Positions 43,765-55,700 of a DNA stretch of 64,000 nucleotides are shown one piece after another (the stretch's first letter is position 1; each line of letters starts with the position of its first letter). Location of the stretch: positions 309,324 to 373,323 of the forward strand of contig NW_013657646.1 in the NCBI RefSeq assembly GCF_000142905.1, read 5' to 3'. The DNA is from Thecamonas trahens ATCC 50062. Lineage: Eukaryota; Protista; Apusomonadida. A program made the translations under genes and the position numbers. Under the pieces are notes generated by a model that worked only from the letters and a program-made list of their open reading frames with translations, was not told the DNA's origin and did not search any database.

Positions 43765-45226
43765 TTAGTCGAGCTTGGAGAGCGAGTTGCGGTAGAGGAT
43801 GGGGTCGTTGGGGATGGACATGCAGCAGAGGGCGCAGGTGGCGGCGAGGAAGACGAGGAGGAGGAAGATCGAGGTCCAGAAGGCGGCCTGCCAGATGCCG
43901 GCGCGCGAGGTGTCGTACGTGGGCGTGGTCGAGTTTCCGAACGAGGTGGCGCGCGGAGCAAGGACGGTGGCGTGCGGCGCAGGGCTCGTCGCGCAGGCGA
44001 TCGATGCCGGCGCCAGCTCGGCCGAGAGCGCCGACGCCGACGCGCAGAGCTGGTCGCGGGCGGCGGGCGGGAGCGAGCGGGAGACAAAGACGTTGGGAAG
44101 GGCCATGCCAAACGAGGCGCCCGAGGCCAGCGAGATGTCACCGACAACCTCGCGGGCGGCATCGGCGAACGCCGCAGTCACGCCGTACGCCGGAGTGGCG
44201 ACCGTGAGCGCGGCAGCGGCGGCGGCGTCGCCGGAGGCAGCGGCAGCAAGGTCGGCCGAGGCTGCGGCGGCAAGATCGGCAAGCGCGGCGGCAAGGCCAG
44301 TCGAGAGCGGTGCGGCCGCGCCGTGGGCGTACTGCGCCTTGGCAAGGCCGGTGAGCGCGAGCGCAAAGACGTCGGGCGTGTCGTCGGCAAGGAGTGCGGC
44401 GAGAGCAGGGAGCTCGCCGGCAGCCAGAGCGCGGGTGAGGCCCGCGGCTGCTGACAGCTCGGCGGCGGCGAGCGCGACTGCGGGATCGTCACTAAAGCGG
44501 GCAACGAGGTCGGCGAGCGCGTGCGGGACCGGCCCAGCGAGGACCGCCGACGGAACGAGCGACTCGTCCGAGNNNNNNNNNNNNNNNNNNNNNNNNNNNN
44601 NNNNNNNNNNNNNNNNNNNNNNNNNNNNNNNNNNNNNNNNNNNNNNNNNNNNNNNNNNNNNNNNNNNNNNNNNNNNNNNNNNNNNNNNNNNNNNNNNNNN
44701 NNNNNNNNNNNNNNNNNNNNNNNNNNNNNNNNNNNNNNNNNNNNNNNNNNNNNNNNNNNNNNNNNNNNNNNNNNNNNNNNNNNNNNNNNNNNNNNNNNNN
44801 NNNNNNNNNNNNNNNNNNNNNNNNNNNNNNNNNNNNNNNNNNNNNNNNNNNNNNNNNNNNNNNNNNNNNNNNNNNNNNNNNNNNNNNNNNNNNNNNNNNN
44901 NNNNNNNNNNNNNNNNNNNNNNNNNNNNNNNNNNNNNNNNNNNNNNNNNNNNNNNNNNNNNNNNNNNNNNNNNNNNNNNNNNNNNNNNNNNNNNNNNNNN
45001 NNNNNNNNNNNNNNNNNNNNNNNNNNNNNNNNNNNNNNNNNNNNNNNNNNNNNNNNNNNNNNNNNNNNNNNNNNNNNNNNNNNNNNNNNNNNNNNNNNNN
45101 NNNNNNNNNNNNNNNNNNNNNNNNNNNNNNNNGGGGGGGGGGGGGAGCGGGCGTACCGCAGACTGCCACCGCGAGGAGGCATGCTGCTGTAAGAGCAGCT
45201 GCAAGGGTACGCAAGTTCATGCGCAT
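43765..45226 (-). CDS. ATP6AP2: ATP6AP2/(pro)renin receptor-like V-ATPase accessory protein; first exon 45226-45157, middle hidden in gap 44573-45132
   Basis: Signal peptide MRMNLRTLAAALTAACLLAVAVC followed by a GTACGC donor. The C-terminal TM and tail WQAAFWTSIFLLLVFLAATCALCCMSIPNDPILYRNSLSKLD match the family W..(TM)..M...D.I.Y(R) motif. Confidence 0.75.
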
Positions 45227-45699
45227 GGTGATGGTGTGTATAAAGGCAACGGGGTGGAGCGGAGGGGTGGACGGTGGGGAGGGAGGAGAAAGGGGTGAGG
45301 GAGGGAGGGGGGGGGGGGGAAGATCGGAGAATATGGGTGTAGGTGGTGGTGATTGTGGCAGGTGGTGGACTGCCTGCGTGTTGTTGCATGGCTGCGTCAT
45401 GGTGACGATCGGGCCAACCAGCACATCGTTGTCGCAGTACGGTACAGCAGACCGTGGCGCAAAAGTCGGGGCCTGGGCAGTTGCTCATCCTACGTGGCTA
45501 CAGAACGAGGTTGCCCTCGCCGAGCTGGAGCTCAACGCCGTCGAGAACAAAGTCACAAGGTAAGGACGGCCCAACAAAAGAGAGTCGGCAAAGAGCCGTC
45601 GTCGACGGGACTGAGAGATGGCGTCCCATGCTCATCCAATGGGACAAGGGAGGCAGGCGCTCCTTGTCTCGCACAGCCGATCCGACCACCGGCGTAACC

Positions 45700-47150
45700 A
45701 TGAGCGGGAAGGTGAGGGGAGCAGGGGGGGGGGGGGGACCCCGAGAAAAAATACAAATGCGAACCCACGCGGAGACCTCGTCCCCCTTTTCGCGGAGAAA
45801 AAACCAGCACAGCACGTGTCCATTGCAGCAACAGGGCAGCCAAGCAGACACGACTACGACAACAAAGCAAAGATGCCCGGCTGGTCCATTGACATGATTC
45901 TGCAGCTCTCGCCTGTGACAGCGACGTATGCGGCCGAGGACTATCCCGCTGTGGTCTCACTCATCGACGAGGTGCTTCTGTTGGAGGCCGAGGAGGAGGA
46001 GGACGAGGCACCTGACCTTCACGAGCAGATCGGCGGGCATCCTGGATGCCTTGTTCGAGGCATTCGCGGCACTTCGCTGCTTCGGATGGGCAAGTATCCG
46101 GAGGCCATAGCCCAGTTTGATGAGCTCGTCGCAAAGTGGAACGAGATGAAGGGGCCCGACGATGAGCACACGCTGCAAGCCCGTGGCGATGCGCTGCAGG
46201 CGAGGTCTGAGGGCGGCGACATCATGGCTGCCCACAACGGGTTCAAGGAGCTCGACTCGGCGTGGGACACCTGGGCCGATGATCACGCCGACGATGTGAC
46301 TGAGGACAACCGGACGTTCTTTGAGTGGCGCATGCCGCTCGCAGAGAACATGCTCGCCCTCGGCGCCTGGTCCAACGTGCCGAAGCTGATGGAGAACATC
46401 CGCAACATGGCCGAGTACACTCCACTCACTCCCGACAACTCGCCGCAGCTCTTTCTTGTCATGGATCTGTACGAGGCCCGCGCCGCGGTCGCCGCCGGTG
46501 CCGACGGCGCCCTCGCCCGCCTCGACGCAGCCATGGCTGCTCTCGACGCGCTGGAGGAGATGCGCCAGTCGACGCGGAGCATGTACCTCCGCCTCGCCAA
46601 GATCGACAAGGCCACCGCCTTGATGGCTGCCGGCGACACCGCCGCTGCTGCCGAGCTGGCCGCTGCCGTCGTCGCCGACCGCGAGGCCCATGGCGTCGCC
46701 GGCGTCGCCGAGCACTTTGTTGCCCGCGCCATCGCCGCCGCGACCGGCGACTCGCCCGTCGACACCCTCACCGCTGTCATCGCCGATGCTGCTGCCGCCC
46801 TCCCTTCCCATCACCACTGCCTCCTCACCGCGCAGTATATGCTCGCCGACGCCACCGCCGCCGCTGGCGACGCGCAGGCCGCGCTGGCCCTCTTCCGCCA
46901 AGTCCGGGACGGCCGCCAGGCGGCCCTTGGCGAAGGCTCGCCGTACGTCTTCTTCGCCTCGCAGCGCGCCGCCGACATCATCGTCGCCCACGGCGACGCG
47001 TCTGGTGCCGAGGACCTCGACGACGCCCAGGACGCGCTCTCGCTCGCCCAAGCCATGCTCCGCGACAAGCTCGGTGACGACAGCCCGCACGTCGCTAGCA
47101 TCGCCGCTTCGCTTGCTGCAGCCAAGACGGCAGGCAGCGGCAGCGAGTGA
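45700..47150 (+). CDS. TPR-repeat protein (kinesin-light-chain-type TPR_10/12 repeats); likely exons 45700-45711 and 45906-47150
   Basis: Repeats KGPDDEHTLQAR, LPSHHHCLLTAQYMLA, ALGEGSPYVFFA and KLGDDSPHVASIA. A GTGAGG..CTGCAG intron joins MSGK in frame. Alternative start at 45873. Confidence 0.72.
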
Positions 47151-47357
47151 AGGAAAGCAGTAGCCAACAACAAACCTCACGTTGAACGTCCTGAATACGA
47201 TCGGCCTCACTCCGCCCTGCGTTCCCGCCTCAGATGATGAGACGAGCTCGGGTGGCTGACCGACGCCACACCCACCACCGCCACGACCCGTTTTCGTGCA
47301 CATGCAGGCCGCGTGTGATGGAGGCCCAGTACCGGTGCGGGCTGATCGAGCGTGTTG

Positions 47358-49016
47358 ATGGCGGCGAAGGGGAGTGGCAGTGGCGGCGAGGAGGCGAATG
47401 AATTGGCGTTTGGCGCGGAGAGCCGGAGCCGTGCCGACAGCCGCAGCCACGACGTCGGCCAGTGGTGGAATACCCAGCTCCAGGCCCAGGCCCAGCCACG
47501 TGCCCTCTCTGGTGACGAACGGGAGGTCGGAGATGAGCGAGGTCGCCACGCCGCAGAAGCAGCCCATGTCTGCCCTCCCCCGCCGACCCCGGCAGCTGTC
47601 CTCACCACTGCCATGGTGACGACGGCGACGCCGACTCGTTCGCTGGCCACAGAGACAGACTCGCCAGTCCCGGACTTTTATCTCCAGCCGTCGCCGTATG
47701 CTGTTCGCTCACGCGGTCTCTCCGACTCGCCCATGTCAGCTTTGGGCCGCAGGGGAGATCCCAGTCTAGCTGCTCACCGCTCACCATCGCCAAGCCGATC
47801 GCCGCCGACTCGGTCGCCGTCCCTGGCCTCGCAGCGGCCATCGCCGTCACTCTCTCCGCCGCAAGCCTCGTCGCCAGGCGTCCCGCCGCCGCAGATGTAC
47901 TCGAGCGCGTTTGTAGCCGAGCTGCAGGCGCGGTATGAGCGGCAGCTGGAGGACATGCGCGAGGCCGCGAGCCTGCTGGTGGCGGAGAAGGAAGCCGAGG
48001 TCGCGGCGGCGCGGCGCGAGGCGAGCAATGCCGCGGCTGCCCGCGATCCCGACGCAGTCGCTGCCGCGCATGACGAGGTGCTCGCGCAGGTTGAGGCGAG
48101 CAATGAGGCGCACATGGTCCGCGAGGCCGGACTCGCCGAGCTCGCGCAAGCACGGGCGGAGGCCAAGGCCGACGTCGCTCGGCTGAAGGAGGAGCATGCA
48201 CGCAAGCTTGCCGAGACCCGCGAGTGGTATGTGCAGCAGGTCCGGGACGCCGAGTCGGCGCGCGAAAAGGCGATGCAGGCGCTCGCCGCCGAGCGCGCTG
48301 CCGCAGGCTCGGGCACGGCCGCGGCCGTGGAGACCGTCAAGGCCGAGGCCCACTCGGTCATTCTCGAACTCCGCAACACGCTCGCCGCCGAGTCACAGGC
48401 GCTGGTGGAGGCGCGCGCCGCGCTCGACTCGGCCAACGCCTCCCGCAAGGCCGAGCTCCGCGTCCTCCGTAGCAAGTTTGACGAGTGCCTCCGCGTCCTC
48501 CAGATGAAGGAGGCTCAGTTCGAGGCTGCGCTCGCCCGTGCGGCCGAAGAGGCGCATCTTCGGGTGTCTGAGCTGGAGGACAAGCTCGCCGCCCGCGAGC
48601 GCGATGCAGAGCGCGCCGACGAGCTCCACGCCGCGCAGATCGCGTCTTACGCCACCAAGCTCGAGCGCTCGCAGGCTGCATTTTCAGACATGGAGCGCAG
48701 GCATGCCTCGCAGCTTGCGGCCGCCACCACAGAGCTCGACCGCCTCCGCACCCACTATGAGTCGGTTGCCGCCGAAGGCTCGACTGCCGTCGAGCGCGCC
48801 CGCGAGGCCGACTTTACCATCCGCAAGCTCCGCGACGAGAACGAGCTTCTCCTTGCCGAACTTGAGCTCAACGCCGCTGACGTCGAGCGGCTGCGCCAGG
48901 AGAACGCCCGCCTCGCCACTGAGCTTGAACGCATGGACTCGATGGTGTACGGCTCGGGCAAGAGCTCGCGCCGCGCCCGCTCTGGCACCGCCAAGCGCAA
49001 GGCTGGTCGTCGGTAA
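47358..49016 (+). CDS. Hypothetical protein with Ser/Pro-rich N-region and ~370-aa coiled coil
   Basis: Long ORF with a strong heptad pattern and coding codon bias. No family recognised. Confidence 0.75.
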   Translation: MAAKGSGSGGEEANELAFGAESRSRADSRSHDVGQWWNTQLQAQAQPRALSGDEREVGDERGRHAAEAAHVCPPPPTPAAVLTTAMVTTATPTRSLATETDSPVPDFYLQPSPYAVRSRGLSDSPMSALGRRGDPSLAAHRSPSPSRSPPTRSPSLASQRPSPSLSPPQASSPGVPPPQMYSSAFVAELQARYERQLEDMREAASLLVAEKEAEVAAARREASNAAAARDPDAVAAAHDEVLAQVEASNEAHMVREAGLAELAQARAEAKADVARLKEEHARKLAETREWYVQQVRDAESAREKAMQALAAERAAAGSGTAAAVETVKAEAHSVILELRNTLAAESQALVEARAALDSANASRKAELRVLRSKFDECLRVLQMKEAQFEAALARAAEEAHLRVSELEDKLAARERDAERADELHAAQIASYATKLERSQAAFSDMERRHASQLAAATTELDRLRTHYESVAAEGSTAVERAREADFTIRKLRDENELLLAELELNAADVERLRQENARLATELERMDSMVYGSGKSSRRARSGTAKRKAGRR

Positions 49017-50261
49017 TGAACCGCCACGGCACGCAGTCAAAGGCGCGGCCGTGCGCGATACGATGCGCTTTGGCTTGAGGTGATCAACTGACAATACAAC
49101 ACGTGGGATGGCTTGGGATGGGGCGGTGGGGTGGTGGGGTGGAGAGGTGGAAGCATTTGATCACTCATTGCTGATCGCATAAATTCCCACAGTCTATGGA
49201 TGGTGTTCCATAGGGAGTTTACTTGTGACCTGGGGATTTTTCAACTTGTGATCGCTACGATGGGCTCATGGATAGATGGCACATTGTCCCGCAACCGCTA
49301 ATCCTCCATCGATATGCTTGTTGCGAGGCGGCGATGTGCCGTGGCCGACACTTGCGTGCGTGTGGCGACGAGGTAGCGGCGGCGCGTATTTTTTGTGACA
49401 GTTGTCCAGCAGGGGCCTCGGCCAGCTCAACTTTTCCCAAGAAGCAGAGTGTGAGAGGACGGCCACATCGTCTCCCTTCTCGGTGCTCTTTCGAGTCGGG
49501 CACGATGGAGCACGAGCTGGTGCGGTAGACGGTGATGCCTGATCGCCCACAGCGGTGGACGCCACAGTGGGTGTTGCAGCGGTACTACTAAATTTCTTAC
49601 TATCACCCACTGCTCCCCGTTTTACACGCCCAGGCGTGTACGTACCCCTTGCTCCGACGAGAGCCTGCGAGCGACAAGCCGCAATGACGACGCCGTCTGC
49701 CGCAGCGGCCACCACCGCACTCTACCCTACACTCCTAGTACGCCCTCGTCCACCTCCTGTTCATTTCACCACCCCCCACCCTCACCATTACATTCTCCTC
49801 CCCCTTCCCACGCTAACCCCATGCACCCCACGCACCCCCGCTATTAAGCCTTGCCCGCACGTGCGAGTTGGCCATGGCTAGCCCCTCGTGCCGGTTGCCG
49901 CCACCACCACCAACTCACATGTGCGACTTGGTCACTCCCCGCAACCCCCTCCCCCCGCAACCCCCGCCCCTCGCACACACATTGCCTCCCCCCCCCCCCC
50001 CCCCCCTTGCCTGTGGCACAGAGTGGCCATTCCGCAGGTAGTGGGTACGGACCATACGGTGGTGTAGCAGTGGGAGAACGTGAGCAACCGTGGTTGGCAC
50101 TCGAGGCGCAGCATCCGTTCAGCACACCCACAACAACAACCACAACCACAACCACATCAACATCATCATCGTCATCATCACTGACAACAGCGTCGTTGTT
50201 GACTTCAAGCTCGACAAAGGCAGCAGCAGCGGCGGCGACATCAGCAGCATTGACAAGAAAC

Positions 50262-51212
50262 ATGCTTGATCTCTCGGCGCAGAATGGATGGGCCATTGGC
50301 TTTGCTCATCTTGACTCGACCTCGCTCGAGCCCATGTCGATGACTGGCGGCTTTGGCTCGAACTCGGGCACGGCTGGCGGAAACGGAGCTGGCAACCATA
50401 ACCAGGGCCATCTCTCGGCAGATGACATGATGGACGGTTTCACGCTGGTGGACATTGTCAATCAGGCGCCGGTTGCGTTTGACTTTCGCACCCGGTCGAT
50501 CCGGCTCTCGCCGCCGCCAGCCGAGGCCGGCTCGAGAGTCATCGACGACGAGCCGTTTGAGCTCATCGACTTTGTGCCCAAGCTCGAGCAGGGCATCGAG
50601 GGCCTGACCATGCTCTCGGCAGGCTCGCACCACGAGGGGCAGGCAGCGGCGACACCGACGTCAGGGGTGCCTGTCGGGCTTGCCGGCATGAGCGCGGCTC
50701 CCGCTCTGCAGGCGGCGCCGATGCACGTCGCAGCGGCGGCGCCAATCGTGCCCTTGGAGCTTGGCGTCGCGGGCGGGAGCTCGCGCAAGCGCAAGCGCAA
50801 GCGATCGTCGAGCAAGCCGACAACACCACAGAGCGTTGACGCGACCCGGGCACGCGTGCGCGCTGCTGCGTCGCAGGTTCCGGGCGTCACTTTTGTGCCC
50901 GACGAGATGCCGGAGCTTGACGTTGCGCTCGCATCGTCCACCTCGCTCGCCAACGTCCGCATCTGCACAAGCGACCTCTCCAAGAAGGACGCCGACAAGT
51001 TGCGCAAAAAGAAGCATAACGACGTCGAAAAGCAGCGCCGCGTCCGTGAACGCATCGTCATGTCCAAGCTCACTGACCTTGTCAGACCGTTCCTAGGCCT
51101 CAACCCCACCGCCAAGCCCATCAAGCTTGACGTCCTTGAAGGCGCCGCAGACTTTATCGAGCAACTACTTTGCGAGCTACCACCGGCCAAGCGGGCACAT
51201 CTCCTTCAGTAA
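50262..51212 (+). CDS. Basic helix-loop-helix transcription factor (class B basic region, no zipper)
   Basis: C-terminal RKKKHNDVEKQRRVRERIVMSKLTDLV..KPIKLDVLEGAADFIEQL and an NLS RKRKRKR. Start at 50262 is inferred. Confidence 0.85.
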   Translation: MLDLSAQNGWAIGFAHLDSTSLEPMSMTGGFGSNSGTAGGNGAGNHNQGHLSADDMMDGFTLVDIVNQAPVAFDFRTRSIRLSPPPAEAGSRVIDDEPFELIDFVPKLEQGIEGLTMLSAGSHHEGQAAATPTSGVPVGLAGMSAAPALQAAPMHVAAAAPIVPLELGVAGGSSRKRKRKRSSSKPTTPQSVDATRARVRAAASQVPGVTFVPDEMPELDVALASSTSLANVRICTSDLSKKDADKLRKKKHNDVEKQRRVRERIVMSKLTDLVRPFLGLNPTAKPIKLDVLEGAADFIEQLLCELPPAKRAHLLQ

Positions 51213-51531
51213 GCCACAGCAGCCACAGCAACAGCAGCAGGTTTATGACGTGGAGCAGTACACTTGCCGATGTGCGCGCTGCCCGCCATGCATCCCCACC
51301 AACCGTCCTTACGACCCCGTTCATGCGCGGTCCCCCTTGCAAGTTAAAAAATAGGAAAAATGACCCAGTCCAGGCACCCACCCAGCCAGCCACCTGATCA
51401 GCATGTGCGTGCTACCGCCACGCAACAGCGTGACCTACCCCCTCCCCTTCCTCCTCCCCTGCGACGACGGCGACGGGCACCAGTCACACCCCTCGCAGCT
51501 CACGCTTATCAACAAGAACAGCCGTGGGAGC

Positions 51532-52668
51532 ATGAACATGGGTACCTCCACTGTACTTGTGACACTGAGCATGGTCCTCGTCATGGCTAGCCTCGCCTCG
51601 GGACATATCTGTGCTCTGCACCCGGTCCAGCGTGGCGGTGCCAACGTGAGCATTCCTGGGGATCCGAGCTGCTACAAGCGGACAGCTCCGTGTGGTGCGA
51701 CGAGTCATGGCCCACCTTCGGCTACGTATGCACCGGGTTCTATTGTCGAGGTCAACTTCCAGCAGGCGCTCAATCATTGGTACTACGAGAAGCCCGGCCA
51801 TCTGGATGTGGCCATCGCCAGCGGCAACTCGCCGTCAGACTCGGCCTTTACCGTCATCGGCACCCTGCCTGACTTTCCTGCTCATGATCAGGTGTGGCAG
51901 ACCAACTTTACCATGTCGGTCACCATTCCGGCGAGTATGTCTCCAGGCGCTGCGGTGATGCGGTTCCGGTATGTGGCGAACAACCCGGACGAGGCTGTCA
52001 AGGGCAATCCGGACGCCATCTTCTACAACTGCGCCGATGTGCTCATCTCAGCTGCTGCGGGCAAGACCCAGGCCCCGGCTGCTGACGCCCGTCTGGCGGA
52101 GCTCCTTGCCGACGGTCAGCCTCTGGCGAGCACCGCGACGCCTACTGGATGCGAGGCGCCGAAGCAATTTGAGGGCGTCTCGATCCAGGCCGAGGGCACC
52201 GGCGCCATTCTCCGCCGCGCCTACGCCTATGACGCGGTCAACCAGCGGGTCTTTGTCGATCGCCGCGGCACCATTGCCTCGGACAGCAACATTGTGCGTG
52301 AGGCAACGTGGACCGACTACCACGCCATGAAGCAGTGGGTCCTCTTTGAGTACGCCGACTCGACCCCGTCGGTCTGCGAGCTCTACGGACCCGATGCCTT
52401 TTACGCGTGGACATACGGCGACAAGCCCGAGTCGGCCGGGCAGACGTTTGAGGAGCAGGTTCCGGTCGGCGCCTCGCTCGCCAACGTCTGGTCCAACGGG
52501 GTCTTCTGGTGGGCCTCCGAGGCCGAGTCCTGCCTTCCGGTGTGGAAGTACCACCTCAATGGCGCGATGGAGCTCTTCACCAACACTTCGATCGGCATTG
52601 CCGACCCCTCGGTCTTTGACATCCCGTCCATCTGCAACGGTCTCGTTCAGATGAAGCGGTGCTCGTGA
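51532..52668 (+). CDS. Secreted histidine-brace (LPMO-like) domain fused to an ependymin-related (EPDR) domain
   Basis: Signal peptide ending LASG is followed by His1 (HICALHPVQRG), PCG, NH and FYNCADV. The second half carries ependymin motifs CEAPKQFEG, YDAVNQR, CLPV and GIADPSVFDIPSIC. Confidence 0.85.
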   Translation: MNMGTSTVLVTLSMVLVMASLASGHICALHPVQRGGANVSIPGDPSCYKRTAPCGATSHGPPSATYAPGSIVEVNFQQALNHWYYEKPGHLDVAIASGNSPSDSAFTVIGTLPDFPAHDQVWQTNFTMSVTIPASMSPGAAVMRFRYVANNPDEAVKGNPDAIFYNCADVLISAAAGKTQAPAADARLAELLADGQPLASTATPTGCEAPKQFEGVSIQAEGTGAILRRAYAYDAVNQRVFVDRRGTIASDSNIVREATWTDYHAMKQWVLFEYADSTPSVCELYGPDAFYAWTYGDKPESAGQTFEEQVPVGASLANVWSNGVFWWASEAESCLPVWKYHLNGAMELFTNTSIGIADPSVFDIPSICNGLVQMKRCS

Positions 52669-52788
52669 GGCCCCGGGTTTCTTCACCCACCTCCCCCTCT
52701 CCTACGCCGGTACAAACCCCCGATTTTCCCGCCTTCCCAGCCAGCCACACACCATCACCCCCCCCCCCCCCCCCCGTCCACCCACTTC

Positions 52789-55700
52789 ATGGACATGGCA
52801 AGCATGTCAACCAGCAATCTGATGAGTGGAGTGCACCTGGCGGGACTGTCGAACCAGGGCGCCACGTGTTACCTCAATGCCCTCCTCCAAATCCTGTACC
52901 ATACCCCACCGCTGCGGAATGGGGTGCTCAGCCTCTCGCTCGAAGACATGGGTCACACCTCGAGTGAGTACCTGGAATGGCTACTCTCGAACGATGCAGA
53001 GGTGTGGCAGGCAAAGTATGGATCGCTGACGGAGGAAGAGGTCAAGGCTGAGAAGAATGGTGTCGGCGGCAAGGAGATCAAGTCTGGCGAGGACGCTCTT
53101 GATCTGGCCGCCGCTATCGCCGACTCTGAGCCTGTCATGGCAGAGGTGCTGGCCATGGGCCTCGGGCTAGATCCCGAGCTGGTGGTGTACTGTGTGGCAA
53201 AGCATGTACAGAATGCTGCCATTGCTTCGGCTTGCGAAGAGTCGTACGACTTGTTTGCCCTCGGCGGCGCGGATGACTCGAGCGATGACGGCTCCGACGG
53301 GCTCGATGCTGCCGAGCTGACTGCACAGTCGCTGCTGGACATGTGTCTGGATACCGAGTACGCCGAAGAGTACGCCGAGGATGTGGCGGATGGGCGCTGG
53401 GTCGATCCGCGGACGGTGGCGCCGGTGTTTGTGGCCGGAAGTGGGAGCGCCGAGCCCGAGAAAGCCAAGTTCGTGCCGCCACCTCCGGCACCAGACCGTA
53501 TCCGGACCATCCCGTTTGCGCTCCAGCGGCTCTTTGCCGCGCTCTCGCTCCACACCGCAGTGTCGGGCGGGCATGGCGCAGTGACGACCCACTTTCTCAC
53601 CGCGGCCTTTGGCTTCTCAGGGCGCGATGCCGGGGTCCAGCACGACATTGCCGAGCTGACGCGGCTGCTACTGGATGTACTCCAGCGGCAGCTGGTAGGC
53701 AGCGCCATCGAGGGCCTTGTGCCTGGGCTCTATCGCGGCGTGGCAAGTCGGCGCATCTCATGCCTGACCTGCGGCGGATCGCGGTCGACGGAGCAGCCGT
53801 TCCTCGACCTCTCGCTTCCGACCGCGGGGGCAGCATCGCTCGACGCCGCCCTGCTTCAGTGGGGCATGCCCGAGCTGATGGACGGGGCCAATGCTGTGAG
53901 CTGCGAGGCGTGCGACTCGCGCCAGCCGTCGACCATCCGCAACGTCCTCACTCTGCTTCCGCCCGTCCTCACCATCACCCTCAACCGCTACGCCTGGACC
54001 GAGTCTGGCCGCGTCAAGCTCAACGATCCGTTTGCCTTTCCGCTCACGCTTGATATGGCGGCTCTGCTGGACGGCGAGAGCCTTGCGCCCGACGACTCGC
54101 TGCGAGCTGCAGCCGCCGAGCTTGCGGCGACTGGGAGCAGGTCAGAGACGAGCAGCACTCGAGCAAGCGCCGGCGCGGGCGGTGATGACGGCGATGACTT
54201 TGCCTTTTCGTCGTTTGGCCTCTTCTCCGACCCGGCGCCTGTGGCGAGCCCTGAGCCTGACACTGCCGGCGAGCTCTTTGTCTCGCGGCTTGGCGACGCT
54301 GCTCGTGGCGGCTCGCCTGCCGAGTACGAGCTGTTTGGCGTGGTCCTCCACGCCGGCGGCGCCCACGGCGGCCACTACCACGCGCTCATCCGTGACGCCG
54401 AGTCTGGACAGTGGTTTGACTTTAACGACGCGTCGGTCAAGCCCATGCCGCTGGGACAGCTGGTGCGGTCGTACGGGGTCTCGGGCTCGTCGCGCGAGTC
54501 GGCGTACATGCTGTTCTACGCCGCGAGGCTTCCGGACGGGAGCCTAGCGATTGACGTACCGATCATCGACCCGGCGCCTGCACCTACCGCCATTGAGGCA
54601 CATCTCTCGTTCTGGCGGAAGCACCTACGAGCTGCGGCAAGCGCGGCTGCGGCGCGCGAGGCCGCGGAGCGTGCGGCTCGTGGCGAGCGTGCGGCTGCCG
54701 CCGTAGCCGCCCGAAGCTCGCGCGAGGCCACTGCAGCGGCACTGCCGATGCGGCCGGCGATGCGTGTCGTTGAGCGGACGCCACATACGCTCTGCTTTCT
54801 GGTCTACGACGCCGAGTCGGGCGCCATGCTGCCCCCTGTTGTCGCTGACGCGCACAGCCTCGTCGGCTCGCTGGTACAGGACGGCGGCTGGGCGTTTGTG
54901 GGCGCGCTTGTACCGTCGCTGGCCGGCGGCATTGTTGCAGCTGCCACTGATGCAGTCATCGACACGACTTTGTGCGTGGGCGAGTGGCGGCTGGCTGCGC
55001 TCGCCGAGTTTGGTCTGCACGCAAGCATCGGGTGCGCGCTGGCGCATGTGGGTGCGCTTGTTGTGGCTCCAACCGTCACCGACGGCACACCGTGCTTTGC
55101 CGCTGTACCGCAGCTGGCAGCGCGGCGGACGGAGGTGACTGTCTTTGCGGCCGGCAACGGGTTCCGGCTGGCGATGCCGTGCATGCTCTCGATGCACACG
55201 CTCAAGTCGCTGATTGTGGGCTGGCTCAACGACGAGCTCGAGCTCGGACTCTCGCCGCATGCGGTCGGCATTTACGCTTGCAGCACAACTGCAGCACCAG
55301 GCTACTCGGTGGCATGGGCGCTAGAGAGCGGGTCGGATCCGCTGGGCGTGGCGCCAGCGCTCGAGGCTCGCGGCGGCGCAGTTGAGCTCGTCCTGCCGCT
55401 GCTGGCTGACGGCGTGTTTGTGGCCGAGCTCGATGACGTCGACGAGCCGCTGGAGATCCGGGTGGTGGCGCGAAGCGCGGCAAGCCGTGCCAGCGTGTCG
55501 CGCACCGAGCTGGAGGGGGCGATGACGCTGACGCTCTCGTCGATGACGCCGCTGCAGGAGGCGATGTCAAGAGTGGCGGGCGCAGGCGCAACAGACCTGC
55601 CCTCGTTTGTGCTCCGACCGACCGACGCGGGCCTGGTTCCGAGGCCAGACCGCGAAGTGTTCGTGTCGCGAACGCGGGCACTCTCGATGTACCACATCCG

